A stretch of DNA of 64,000 bases. It comes from Macrostomum hystrix (lineage: Eukaryota; Animalia; Platyhelminthes). The DNA lies in assembly GCA_950097015.1 (NCBI GenBank), contig CATNEN010000007.1:5208001-5272000 (forward strand), written 5' to 3'. The first letter of the stretch is position 1. Each line of letters begins with the position of its first letter. A program made the translations under genes and the position numbers. A model generated the notes under the pieces. It was not told where the DNA came from, searched no databases, and saw only the letters and a list, made by a program, of their open reading frames with translations. Of the stretch, positions 23,662 through 36,600 are shown piece by piece.

Positions 23662-26600
23662 CACGTGACTGACGAGTTTGGGCGGAAAGATTTTGGGGTT
23701 GGCTTCAGAAAGGAGTGTCAGCCATTTACATTTTGTGGCAGTGTACATTCCCGAAAAGAACGCTCGCTTCGTACGCATCTGTCAGTTGTCTATATTCAAC
23801 ACACCAGCTAGTTCGCGCCGTTTCACTTGGCCGCATCTTATTGGCTGCAGGTCCAAGCCACGCTGCCCAGCTATTTCATTAGTGCTGATAGCCGCAAATG
23901 TACATTGAGGCCCTTATCGACCTTGGAGCTTTTGAATGTTAAACGAAATTGTACGCATAGAGAAATCTATTTTCTACCCACGTGGGGGAAATCCTGCTTT
24001 CAATGGCCAATGGGCGCCTCGCTTCAGCACTAGCTCTGGCCATTCCCCCCAACCCCCTCACCCCATGCCCACGCTTGTTGGTATAAAATTCTCAACGGCT
24101 TCGTTTCGCCACAATCAATTAGCGCGCATCACAACTTTCTGCTTAGCCTAGGGTCCCCTGCTAGATACTTTTTCCTGCCACTCTCTAAGCCTCCACAGCC
24201 TTTCCTGCTTTGATTAGTCTTTTTAATATTCTTTTAAGAAGCTCTACATACGGCTTTCTTTTAAAATTGCTACTTGAGGTAGCTAGCTTTCCTATTTCTT
24301 TATCCTTCCTTTGCACTAATATATTAGGAGATCATGCACGGTAATGCTGCAAAAAATGGTTACAGCAGCAACGGGCTCGTACTGTTGTACGAGGCTGCCA
24401 TGCTCATTGAGCAGCAGTCGCTAAGGCCTCAGAGAACAACAACAGCCGCGGCTCAGTCAGCAGGTAAGTGTTGCTATTGCTTTTCGACTCCTCTGCAGCT
24501 CGCCTTGATCGATTTGTTCTCCTTGTTTTGCATCATCCATGACTGCACGAGCATTCTATCTAAATATACTTTTAGCTGTAAGTCGGCAAGCGTCAGCCAG
24601 CGTTAGTAACGGTCTGCATGCCATCAAAGCAGCCCCGGGAGGATTACACTCTCTGCAGCAGCAGCAGTTTCATAATCATCATCAGCAGCAGCGACATCAG
24701 CAGATGCCCAATGGCTTCCGAGTGCCCACTGGCACTGCAATTCGAGTGCCCATCGGGTCGGGTAATCGAGTCAGGCTTGAGCCAGTCTCAATTCAGTCTT
24801 CTGCTCCTGCAACTACTGTGGCCACCGCGATTGCGGTAGCTTCGCCCTCGTCGGTGTCGTCGACTTCGTTACAGCAGCAGCGACGAACAGTCCAGTCAGT
24901 CAACAGTCGGTCTTCACACAACGAACTCGAAAAGAATAGGTAAGTAGTTTTTGCTTATTTCTCTGTTTGCTTAATACTTGCGGTAGATCACTGACTAGGG
25001 TGGGGTAGATCACTGACTAGGGCGGTAGATCACTGACTAGGATGGGGTAGATCACTGACTAGGGCGGTAGATCACTGACTAGGGTGGGGTAGATCACTGA
25101 CTAGGGCGGTAGATCACTGACTAGGATGGGGTAGATCACTGACTAGGGCGGTAGATCACTGACTAGGGTGGGGTAGATCACTGACTAGGGCGGTAGATCA
25201 CTGACTAGGATGGGGTAGATCACTGACTAGGGTGACTTATTAAGGCAAAAAAGTGAACATAAAGTTTAGAAATTAAAAACTAAAAAATAATTTTCTGCTT
25301 TCCTCCGCCATAGAGTTTAGCCTGCGCCCGTCATGGGTGGGCCTGCAATCCTTACTGTAGCTAGTGTTTAAAATAGGTGGACAGACAGCCCAACCTCCCC
25401 TCTCACCCAAGCTGTTGCCATAAGGAGCACGTGGGTCTTGAATATGGTTACGGGTCTCAATAATATGTTTAGTTTTTACTAAAAAGCATGCTATTAAACC
25501 GAATGCTTGTGTGACAGCACATGAATGGGTACAATAAAACATTGTAATGTATTTTTCAGTCTAAAGCCTGTCTGGTCCCGAAACCTAGAAGCCTGAAAAA
25601 AAGTGTTAAAACCTGCGACAGCCCACCTCAGACAGTTTCATCTGACCCACCCAGCACTAGCACCCCCTGGCTTATAGTTTTGATGCCACAAACAAGCTTT
25701 GGGCCTGTCTTGCTCCGAGTACCATAAACCACCTACCTCACCACTCCAATTACCTATACTGCTGTGGAGTGCATGGCGAGCTGTGAGTGCCCCCCTGGAG
25801 CACATTGCTTTGCATTGGGTCACTTTTTAATACGCGCCCACGTGGCCACTGGCGAGTTTATATTTACTTATTTTAGTTTTTTTCTGTCTTCCTCTGCCTA
25901 AATCTACCTGTCTTTGTTGCTAGATAGCTGGCCGGACTGCCGTGTGAGAGTGCGTGTGCACTCATAGGATTTCACTGCTGCCAGTGAAATTTTAGTCTCA
26001 CTCGGTTACAAGTACATGTCCTGTACAACTGAATCGGGGCGTGATGGCAATCAACGACGGACTTTCTTCTCATTGATCCTCTTGAGATTAGGGAAAAATA
26101 TATATACATTAGAAATGTATTCTAAAACTTATTTGTTTTATTTTAACATGTTTAAAATCGCTATAAAGGTTCTTCAACATTTTCTTCTCATTGTCGTTTC
26201 AGGCGGGCCCATCTCAGACAATGCCTGGACTCACTGAGGGACCAGCTACCGCTATGCCCTGGCCAGGCCAACCGGCTCACTATGCTCAATGTGCTCAACC
26301 GGTCGCACGGTTATCTAAAGGTGAGAATGCCTAGTGGACCCGCGGTTTCAGGCTCGCAGCATTGTGTACTCAATTCAACATTCCCCTCTTCCTCCTCTGC
26401 GGGTCCCTCGCGTCTCTACTGACTGGATTTTGGATTTAGCATTAGGATGACGTGGGGAGGGCAGGAATTGCCGTTGGAAAGCCAAGAAAGAACTATAGAA
26501 TAAGGAGCGGCTGAAGCCAGTAAGAAGTCTGGAAATCCGAAGTAGAACCCGTGAGCATTGGAGACGGCTTTGGTTCTTCCTCATCAAGTTTGGGGTTGGG

Positions 26601-27679
26601 CCGTATGGCCATGGGGCCTGGGACAAGAGGAGAATGAGAGCGAGAGGAAAGGGAGAGTGAGATGAAGAGTGGAGGAGCGCAGCTCAGAGGAGAAGATGAA
26701 GGAGAGTATATAGGCAGAGGATGCTGCGGTGAGGCCTGGGTTTACATCAATCTTGCAGAAAGAAGCGGCTTGAAGGCTTGGGCGAACTGTTCCTCCGCAT
26801 CTCGCCCCTTCTCTCCCGCTCGCTGCTTATTGACTAAATTCAATTTCTCTTTTCTTCCACCCTGCTTGCTGTCGCAGCCCCACCTCACTGCTGCTTCCCC
26901 CCTCCGCGCTGTCCCGCGAGTCCCGGGCCGCCCTTCCTCGCTGCTTCCTCGGCCTGAGTCCAGCGAGCGGGTCGGCGGTGGGGCCTCCTGGGACACCGGC
27001 GGGGTGCCGTGGTGGCCTTCCTTGAGAGGCCGGGGTGGCTCTCTACTGCTCCCTGTCCAATCCCGGAGGCGACCTTCTCCTCTTCGCTGAGCTCCTCTCT
27101 GCTTCTTTGCTTCCTTCTCCCCTCCTTGTCCGAGTCGTCTTGCGAGTTATTTTTTTCTCTTTTCCCGTCCGCTTCATCTCTCTGGCTTCCCAGTTTCTCC
27201 CAAGTCGTTCCACTAGTCCGGCATGGGGACAGTTGTTTAGCTGGGCCGTGAGGGAAGCCCAAGTCAAGTTCAATGGAATCTCTGCGCGACTTTTTGGGAT
27301 CAAGGCGAGGGGAGTTGGACCGTGGGCTGGTGGCCCGGGAGAAAGTTGGCTGGCATGAAATCCCCATTGCAAGCCGTTATTTGGTTGGATGATTGAGCAA
27401 CAAGGACACTTTGTTGTGTTGCATTATTCCTAACCTAAGGTCATATTTTTAGCTTGCAAATGTTGGCCTCATTAGTTTCTCTAGTGATCTTCAGCGTGTA
27501 AGCGGTATAGAGAATTGAGAAGTTTTGCACACAAACAACTATTGAAAACAATGACGGCCAGGCAAGAATTGCGCTGGACAAGATTCGACAACGTGCTCAG
27601 GACCCGCCCTACCGGCCTCTCACTCCATACCTGCGCTCTCCTAAACTATTTATTAATTGTGCTTTGACCGGGTCACGTG
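23662..27679. promoter_or_regulatory. Cluster of canonical E-boxes (CACGTG) around the 5' part of the MXD gene
   Basis: CACGTG at 23662, 23979, 25428, 25839 and 27674, plus 17812 further upstream. Confidence 0.45.
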
Positions 27680-30600
27680 GTTCTCACTGAGCGAGTAGCC
27701 AGTAGTGAGCACGGCTCCAAACTCCTGTCCTGGTCCATCGTCAAGAAAGGTCGCCATGGTCGGTTGTGTTGCAAAATTAGATGCTAGAAATCTACCTGGG
27801 GGATTTAAATTAGGATCCCTCACCTAGCAAAGGAGAGGAGATGGAATTCTTCTTCCCTTTAAAACTGGCGCGAGCTGTTAGGCCATGGGATAATGAGCTG
27901 TAGGTGCGGGCCGTGAGTCACCTGGCAGCCCTCTGCTCACCGCATGCTAATCTCTTCCCCCTTCTATCCTCCCTCACTTCTCTCTTTCGTTTATTTCATC
28001 GCGCATTCATTCCAGTCGCCTCGTGTTTCCCAACTCAGGCCGGGTCGGGCGGGCGCAGGGGAGGCGGCGCTGGCAGTTCCGGAGCTGGCGTGGCTGCGGG
28101 CTGGAATGGAACTGGTTGAGGAAGGAAGCCTTCTAGGGTGAACAAAAAAGCTTCATTGCTTTTTAGCTTTGGCTCCAAACAAAATCCCAACTGTAACCCT
28201 ATAATAATTCCCCCTTATTCCCATTCCTGTTCCTGCCGACCCCAGCCCCCAGCCCCGCGCACTTGACTGCGGTAATCACACAAGCCAGATGAAGAAAGAG
28301 ACCGGAGGAAATATCTGGCGCGTGAGCGGAGGTGGGGTGGGCGCCTCGGATCTCTGTCAGGGCCTGGGGTCCGGCTTGTCGCGGAGTTTAGACCAGACTT
28401 TGAATTGGCGCGGGCTGGCTTTGCGTGGGTATTGCTGCAGCGGTATCTGGGGGGGGGGGCAGTCAAGAAGGGTGTTGTGCCGTGCCTGTCCGCTGCCGCT
28501 GCTTCTTATGTGGGCGCGAGGCGGTCCGCGGCTTGGTCCGGGGCCGGTTTCAATGCAGGTCCCGCAAACTTTGGCAGGTTTATGGCGTTTATGCACGGGA
28601 TTTAAGAGCGACAGGGCTTAGAATGCGCAGAGGTGCGGCCCCTCTGCGACATGCAGAATCGCTCCGCAATGAAGGAGCGGAGAGCGAGGGAGAGCGGGAA
28701 GGGGTAAAATATCCCAAAACCTCACATCACACACCCTTTATCCGGATGAAACTAGACAATTTGCTGGAGCCTTGCAATTGTAGAGAAACGATGATTGGAA
28801 ACAGGAAAATCAGAGCGCGCCCTTGGGATCTTAGCCTTAGGGAAATGGGGGAAGGGGCGGATATTAGGGCTATAAAAACTCCCAACTGCCGATTGTTGAC
28901 GGGCTTGTCGGTTGTATGAAACTCGCTAGACGGGCCTTTATTGTTGAATGACATCATGATTATTATTTGCCAGCAATGCAGCCTCTATTATGCATACACG
29001 CACCCAGACACACACAGACCAGAGCGAGGGAGAAATGCAACTGTAATCCGGGGGTGGAAGGAGCGGGGTGGCTGCACAGGGTCCCATGCACTGTTATCGA
29101 TTCAACGGCTAGTCGCGACTCGCTACTTAGCTTATCGCAGTCCCCGGATCATGCCCGCGCCGCCTGCCACCCCTTCGCTAGCCTTGCTAGCAGTGCGCTT
29201 TTTATTGTTTGCCGCAGCCAGTTCATGCCCAGAGATTCAACTGCAGGTCCCAGTTTCGGCTCCCCTATTTCCCATTATCTCTGCGCCAGTATAATCATCG
29301 CAGCCATGGAGGGAAGGGGTGGTGTTGATAGCTTCCAGTTTTTTGGCCGTAAAAATATAAAAAATCACAAATCAGTGGGACTGGAGATCACGCTTCTAAT
29401 GAATATGGTCCTGCACTGAGACTGCCATTGTGCACTTAAATCCTATTCAATTTTAACTACTTTAGCTATAAGATCTACGGGGGTGTCTTTAGCTCTGATA
29501 TCTACGGGGTGTCTTTAGCTAAGAGATCTACGGGGTGTCTTTAGCTCTGATATCTACGGGGTGTCTTTAGCTAAGAGATCTACGGGGTGTCTTTAGCTCT
29601 GATATCTACGGGGTGTCTACAGCTCTGAGTTCTACGGGGTGTCTTTAGCTCTGATATCTACGGGGTGTCTACAGCTGTGAGATCTATGGGTTGTATACAG
29701 CTGTGAGATCTATGGGTTGTCTACAGCTGTGAGATCTATGGGTTGTCTACAGCTGTGAGATCTATGGGTTGTCTACAGCTGTGAGATCTATGGGTTGTCT
29801 ACAGCTGTGAGATCTATGGGTTGTCTACAGCTGTGAGATCTATGGGTTGTCTACAGCTGTGAGATCTATGGGTTGTCTACAGCTGTGAGATCTATGGGGT
29901 GTGAATTTGAAATCAAACCGAATGATTTGATTCCAGTGAGCCAGCTGTCTGCATAATTTATTTGAAGACATTCGATATCTTCAAATTGGGTCAGTTGTTC
30001 TACTGTTCTATTTCTCGAAGCTGTCTGGGAATGTTGGATAAGGCTGTAACAGCTTTGATTAAATAATAAATAGAAATCGGCTAAGATTTGAAGCAAGCAC
30101 TCAAAAATAGTCATTGACATCTACAGTCTCAGATCTATCGGGCATCTACAGTCTCAGATCTGTCGGGCATCTACAGTCTCAGATCTATCGGGCATCTACA
30201 GTCTCAGATCTATCGGGCATCTACAGTCTCAGATCTATCGGGCATCTACAGTCTCAGATCTATCGGGCATGTACAGTGTCTCAGATCTATCGGGCATCTA
30301 CAGTCTCAGATCTATCGGGCATCTACAGTCTCAGATCTATCGGGCATCTACAGTCTCAGATCTATCGGGCATCTACAGTCTCAGATCTATCGGGCATCTA
30401 CAGTCTCAGATCTATCGGGCATCTACAGTCTCAGATCTATCGGGCATCTACAGTCTCAGATCTATCGGGCATCTACAGTCTCAGATCTATCGGGCATCTA
30501 CAGTCTCAGATCTATCGGGCATCTACAGTCTCAGATCTATCGGGCATCTACAGTCTCAGATCTCATTAGGCATCCGCAACCCCGACGCCCGCAGGAGCTG

Positions 30601-33600
30601 CAGTGTCTCAGCAGCGAGCAGGCCGCCAGCCTCTTGCTGGCCCAGCGCCGCCAGAAGGAGCTGCTGATGCGTCGGGATCAGATGAGGCGCAAGCTGCGCA
30701 CCCTGCATCGTCAGCTCACCGCGGCCAAGTCTGCCAAGAAGGCCGCAGCCGCTGCAGCCGCGGCCGCGGCTACCACGGCCTCTGACGCCTGGCGATCTCG
30801 CAATGTCTCTGAAATTTCAGCCGCATCCGCCAGCTCCGGTGAGTGACATGTGCAACCCCTGTGCACATACACACACATGACCACGTCCCGCCCGTTGAAT
30901 CACGCAAGTATACAAAATTCGATAAACAGCATGAAGTGTGCTGCAACTACGGCAGACACAGTTGCCCAACGCTGAGTCAGGTCTATTTTTAAACCAATTG
31001 GTGCGCGCATGACGGCTTGAAATAGAAAAAAACCAAGCAAAACAAACTACGCAAACCTATGGAGTGGTCTGGCATGTTAATTACATCGAGTTTCGAGTCT
31101 GCTGTATAGTCGCCAGCCGTTTGTGACTGCGCTTAGCTTACGCAGACTTGAAACTCTAGAATTGAGCGCTGTAGAAAAACAGGCCAGGTGGCTGGCCAGC
31201 TCTATCAAATATATCTTCTTCTTTTCTTATTCTGCAATAGGGCTGGTCTTGACAGCTAGTGGCTGTTGCCCAGACAGGTCTGCTTGTTCATTATCATTCT
31301 CTGCTTAGTAGAGAGGGCAGTATAGGGCGGTATGCGAGAGGGCGAGAGGGCGAGAGGGCGACTGATCTTGAAAGGAGAGAACATACCTCGCCGAGTCGCG
31401 TGCCAAGTTTAAATTTAGATATAGGAAAACAGCGAGACATTACTGAATCAGGCTTAAGTTCCACTCTCCGTGGAGTACACGCGAGTGTGTTTCCAGGAGA
31501 TATAGAGCTCACGGTACTCACTGGCCCACAGTATATCAGGCTCACTGCAGATCACCTTAAGCATTAACTAGTATTTCAAGGCGATTAAAGCTGAGCTGGT
31601 AATAAAGTTAAAAATAATCACTGCCAATGGGATTTGGCACAATGGGGCCTCATTCTCTTCCCCGATCACTGCTCACTGTCCTATAGCTGAGCTGCTGAGC
31701 CCAGCCGTGTTTAGGTCAAGTAGGCTGAGACCGACAAGAGAGAAAATCTCTCCGGGCTGTTATTCACTTGCAGCATCAATCACTGCCGCTAGGCCCACGT
31801 CCCCACACAGGCCTTCTCTCCCGTGAGAGACAGGCAGTGAGCAGTGAGCAGCAGTGAGTGAGAGTGCCAGTGTGTGCGTGTGGAGAGCAGCAACTTTGGC
31901 ATTATAGTCAGCTCTTAGATTTTTAACGTCCTGCGTTCCCCACTCCCCCGCGCCGATCCCAAATCAAACTCCCAGCCTCACTAACTCCCCTTCCTTCACC
32001 ACCATCCGCCTGGCACTCTGCAACTGCCTCATTGTGTGCGTGTGAGCGTCGGGAAACGGTGGGAAGACGGCATTCTTGAGATGCCCAGCTCTCCTATAGC
32101 GGACATTGCCTCCAACTGCAGCTGCCGGCTGTGGCTGGTCTAGTGGCGGTGACGGTGATGAAATATTTCTCACACTCGTTGCCATCGATCCTGACCTCTG
32201 TGTCTGCCTCCCCATCGCTTCTGGCTTCGCTCCGTTTGTCCACCTTCCACTGTACCGTCTATGACAGTGTACCGCTGTACCGTCTGTGATTGTGTACCAC
32301 TGTACCTCTGTGACTGTGTACCACTGTACGATTTAGCAGCAAAATGTGGGTGATTTCTAGACTGTTAAGGAGGTAAGAAATCAAGTATGAATTTCGTGGC
32401 GTGAGCTAGGCGCAGAAACTCTATTTTTTGCTTCAAAAAGGGCGCAGACTTTATTTCGTCGAAAGCCCGTGTTTTTGGCAGCTTATAAAAACGTATGTGG
32501 CTCGGCTTGGTTTAATGAAGCAATGCTTCCTTGTCAGGTTTGGCACTAGAGAGTGTGTGTGTTCGGGTGTTTGCCAGTGTTGCTTTTTTTATGATGCATT
32601 TCGCCGGCCAGAGGAGGCGGATGGAGGCTTGTTTCTCTCTCTCTCTCTTGACAAGAAGTGATGACTGCTAGAGAGCGAGAGAGAGACTGAGTGGAGAAGG
32701 CGTGAGAGACCTGATCGGGGCCCAGTGAGTGGACTGGGGTTGTAGGTGCTGGACGTTTTAGATGGCCGGCGTCCAAATGATGATGGAGATTGCAAAAGTG
32801 CAGCCCAGGCAGTTAATATATACATATATCGGTGGGGCCAGTGATGCGAACTGGCCAGTAGCCCCTCTCAGCCAGCAACCACCAATGTCTACTTTCCTTG
32901 GCCTCTCTAGCGGACCAGGCGTTGGGCGAGTGATTCCTCTCTCGTTGCCTCATTTTTTCCTCTAGCTATCGCTTTTTTCTCTTGGCGCCCTTCAGCTTCT
33001 TGGCGAAAATCTCCAGTAAAGCGGTGGAAAATGAGAGGGCCTGTTCGGGTCGAGTTTGTGTTTTGGTGCTCTGGTGTGTAATGCGGCAAGAGCCACTCAC
33101 TCCATTGCCTGCTCCCATAGCCTCTGAAATGGGATCTCCTTTCCTTGCCTACCGTCGTTATCTGACGATCAGCTTCGGCTGCTTTTGGAAGGGGAGTTTA
33201 AGGCTTGGGACACCATTTTTCAGAAGATGAAACCGGGGGAGCTGCGGGGTCAGGCTCCAATGCGTGTGTCAGCCGCGTCAGCCACGCATCGTACTTGACC
33301 CAGGCTGAGCGGGGCTACAGACGGAGACAGAGGTAGTGGTCAGATGGAATCCATCTAGGCGTATGCACTGGCTGCTGCTGCCGTTGCTGCAGCTGCCTCC
33401 TTCTCCTAAGCCAAATGCGAGCTAGTTGCAGGGCTGTCTATAAGAATCTGATTCCGGCCAAACGAGGCATTGCGAATTAAGGCATCAGAGGGCTGAGGCC
33501 TTAGGAAATTTTGGGCACTCTAAGAGGACGTGGATTTGTCGACGGGAAGGAAATAGGAACTAGTCTTTGAAGAGTTTTTCTTAGCCGCAGACTAGCCAAG

Positions 33601-36600
33601 GACTTTGAGCACTCATTGTCTTCCCTTTCTCTCACTTCACCCTCCATCTCCGCTTCTTCTTTCACTTTCCTGTGGTGAGCGTCTCGCATAATAAACTGCT
33701 AGCTTTCTCACTTTGGTCTCGTTCTATAAAGTAAGCCGAAGTGGGTCTGTAAGCCGAAGGGACCGAATTATTGTTGCCCGTTCACACGAGTTTGGAAATA
33801 TTTTTCTGTCTCTGTAAATGTCCTCCCAGGAGGGCAGTCTTGCAATTCAGAATGCATTTACTGTATTTTCTCATCACGATTATGACTTGATGACTAAATG
33901 AAGCCAGTCTGCGAATGCTGTTTGCACTCTTCTCACTCATTTTATTTGCCGAGAGCCACGGTGAGAGCTCCCGACCTTACCCCGCCGCTCCAGTTGGACT
34001 TCTGTAAAGTGCAAGATCTTATCGACTTTGAGCTGGGGATAAAGCGGGATTGCAAATTAACATTTGAGCCAGTGAATTTTCTGCAGCATAGATTTTTTCT
34101 ATCGCAGCCAGTGTCTCAGAATGCCTATTCTAGGAAAGGTAGCAGTTTCTTAAAAATGTCTCTTATTACCTGATGAAATCCTAGGCGAATGCGGAGACAA
34201 ACGGAGGCACCACATTACTGTACAGTATTTGGTCCCGGGGGCGATAAGCTTTTCCATCCCAAGTATAATTATGGTTTAGATGGCCGCAGTACCTCTGATT
34301 GGTATATTGCATTATCTAGCTCTTTTTATCCTCAGTTTTTTGACTGAGGATCCTGAGCTTCTGCCTTGCTTAAAAAGCTGCTTTTATCTAGAGGATGAGG
34401 CTGTATCCAGGGCACTTTGCAATGGCATTCAGTCTGCTCACTGACTTATTTATATTATTTTATCCCGCATTTGCCTGCAGCTCCAAACAGCCCAGCTTAA
34501 TACGCAACTAAACTATTGCAAAGCTACTATAGTATGTGTGGGCATTGTGTGACAGTTACACAAAGGCATCAGAAGTGCATTTCGTCTGCACTGCACCCCT
34601 CCCTGTGCAGGTGTTGTCACTTTCGCTCAGGCTTGTAACTGTTTTCTCCTTGGAATCGCGCAGACACGCAAGGACAAGTCTTTGAAAGCTGGATGGGAGA
34701 ATAACTGAGAGGGTGCAGGGGGGAGATGGCGGAGTAGAGTGAATGGGTAGGGGAGAATGAGAGAGATTGGGCTGCAGCCGGGCCGTGGCGTCTCTAGCGT
34801 GGTGGCTACCGGACAGTCAATAAATTGAATTGATTGCGAACCCGCACAGTCCGGGCCTACTCTCCATCGCTTTCGTCTGAGCACTTACTCAACTCTCCTT
34901 AACCCCCATCCCCCTGTCTCTTTGGCGTGAGAACTGTATCAGTTGGGCCAGGTAGGAATGTTGACATATAGGTGGAGACTGCAGGCAGTTTTATTTATCA
35001 TTTCGTGTCAAGTTTTTTAGAGCATTTCTCGTGCCCCAAGGTATGCCAAGTCGATGAAGCCTAGGAGAGAGAAGAGGGAAGCAGGGAAGTAGAGGCTCTT
35101 GTCAATAGTTTGCCCAAACCCAATGAGAGTGTTTTCGGCGATTTCCATGATGCATTCATGCTCCAGTTTTCGCTTTTTAGTGCTTCAAAGAGCCGAATTA
35201 AAAGTCTGGGCTTGTGTTGTAAGCAATTATTCTGGCTTACAATTTTATCCACTATATGCAGTGATGAATTTTGAGTTATTTTCTCCGCGCATAGCAACCG
35301 CCTGTGAGGTGGTTGCTGTCTTGCTGAGCTGCATTATGACGACCCAGATCACATCCAACACTAACTCTACCCTCACTCGCTATAACAGTATTCACAATGA
35401 GTTAGTCATTTTAATTTGTAGAATTTCATTCTATCTAAAAAAGGACAGTTTTTTCAATAAAAAAATTATTTTTAAAGTGCGCTGGAATCCACTCCTCCCT
35501 AATTCCAACCATTTCCTGTCTCTCTTTCTAGTTCTCCTCCCATGGGAGTCTAGCGTTATTTCCGTTATAGGAAATAAGAAGCAGAATGTGCGCAGTGGTG
35601 GAGGCGGAATCTCGTGATGGGATTCCCAGGCCCAGCAGTGCAGCTGTACTGTAGCAGCTATCGAAGGCCACCCCCCTCCAACACGAACGGCTTCCTAGAG
35701 GCCGATGGCCAACGTATCGCCAGCTGTCTGGGGGGGCAATGAAGGCAAGATTTGCGATCCCCAGTCCTTGTGGCATTTTGCACCGCTTTTGTTGATATTT
35801 CTAATCCGCTCCGCGGCATGGGAGGCCCACTTTTGGAGCCCTGGATTCCCAGGATCATGGGAAAATAGGAGGGGGAGAGGATGGTGCGAAGTCGGCGGAT
35901 CTACTGCCTCCTAATCCCTCGCCAATGCCTCCGCTGTCCTCTACCGGGCGGGGAGAGCCTAAGTGCGGCCAGCTGACTGCACGCCAGCTCAAACTGACTC
36001 GCGCTCTGAGGGTTATAATCCCAGACCAGGCACTGAAATGAGACGCGGGGATGCGAGGCGAGAGAAAAGGAAAGGAGTGAGCGAAGAGAACCTGGGTGCG
36101 CTGAGGCGTGAGGCCGCGGCTTTGTTCGCTGACACGCCTCACTTACCAAGGTTGAAGCGATAATGTTGTCTCCGCTCCAAGTCCATTGTCCTTTGCCAAC
36201 CCTTTCTCCATCACTGTCTGTTAGTTTTGCTTTTTTTTCTACACGAGTTGTGGGGAAACAGAAAATTGAAGCCAGGATGCGGAACAGAGCTACTTTAGTT
36301 GAACTAGTGACTCTTGCTATTTTTTTCATGCACTTTTCCCATTTTTCAACGAACAGCCAGCGGCTTTCAGGATTCTAAAGTTCGAGATTTTTAGACGTCG
36401 GGTTGCAAATTAGATTCGGTTAATTGGACAGTGAATGTATTCTATTTCCAGTTTCGTGATCCTCACATTTAGAAATGGAAAATCTCTTAAAATGTAAATT
36501 TCCTAATGCGCAATAATTTGCGAAACTCTGAGGAATTGCGAAATGAGCCTTTGACACATATGCCCCCCACCGCTACCTCGCATTTGAAAGGATTTGTTCA

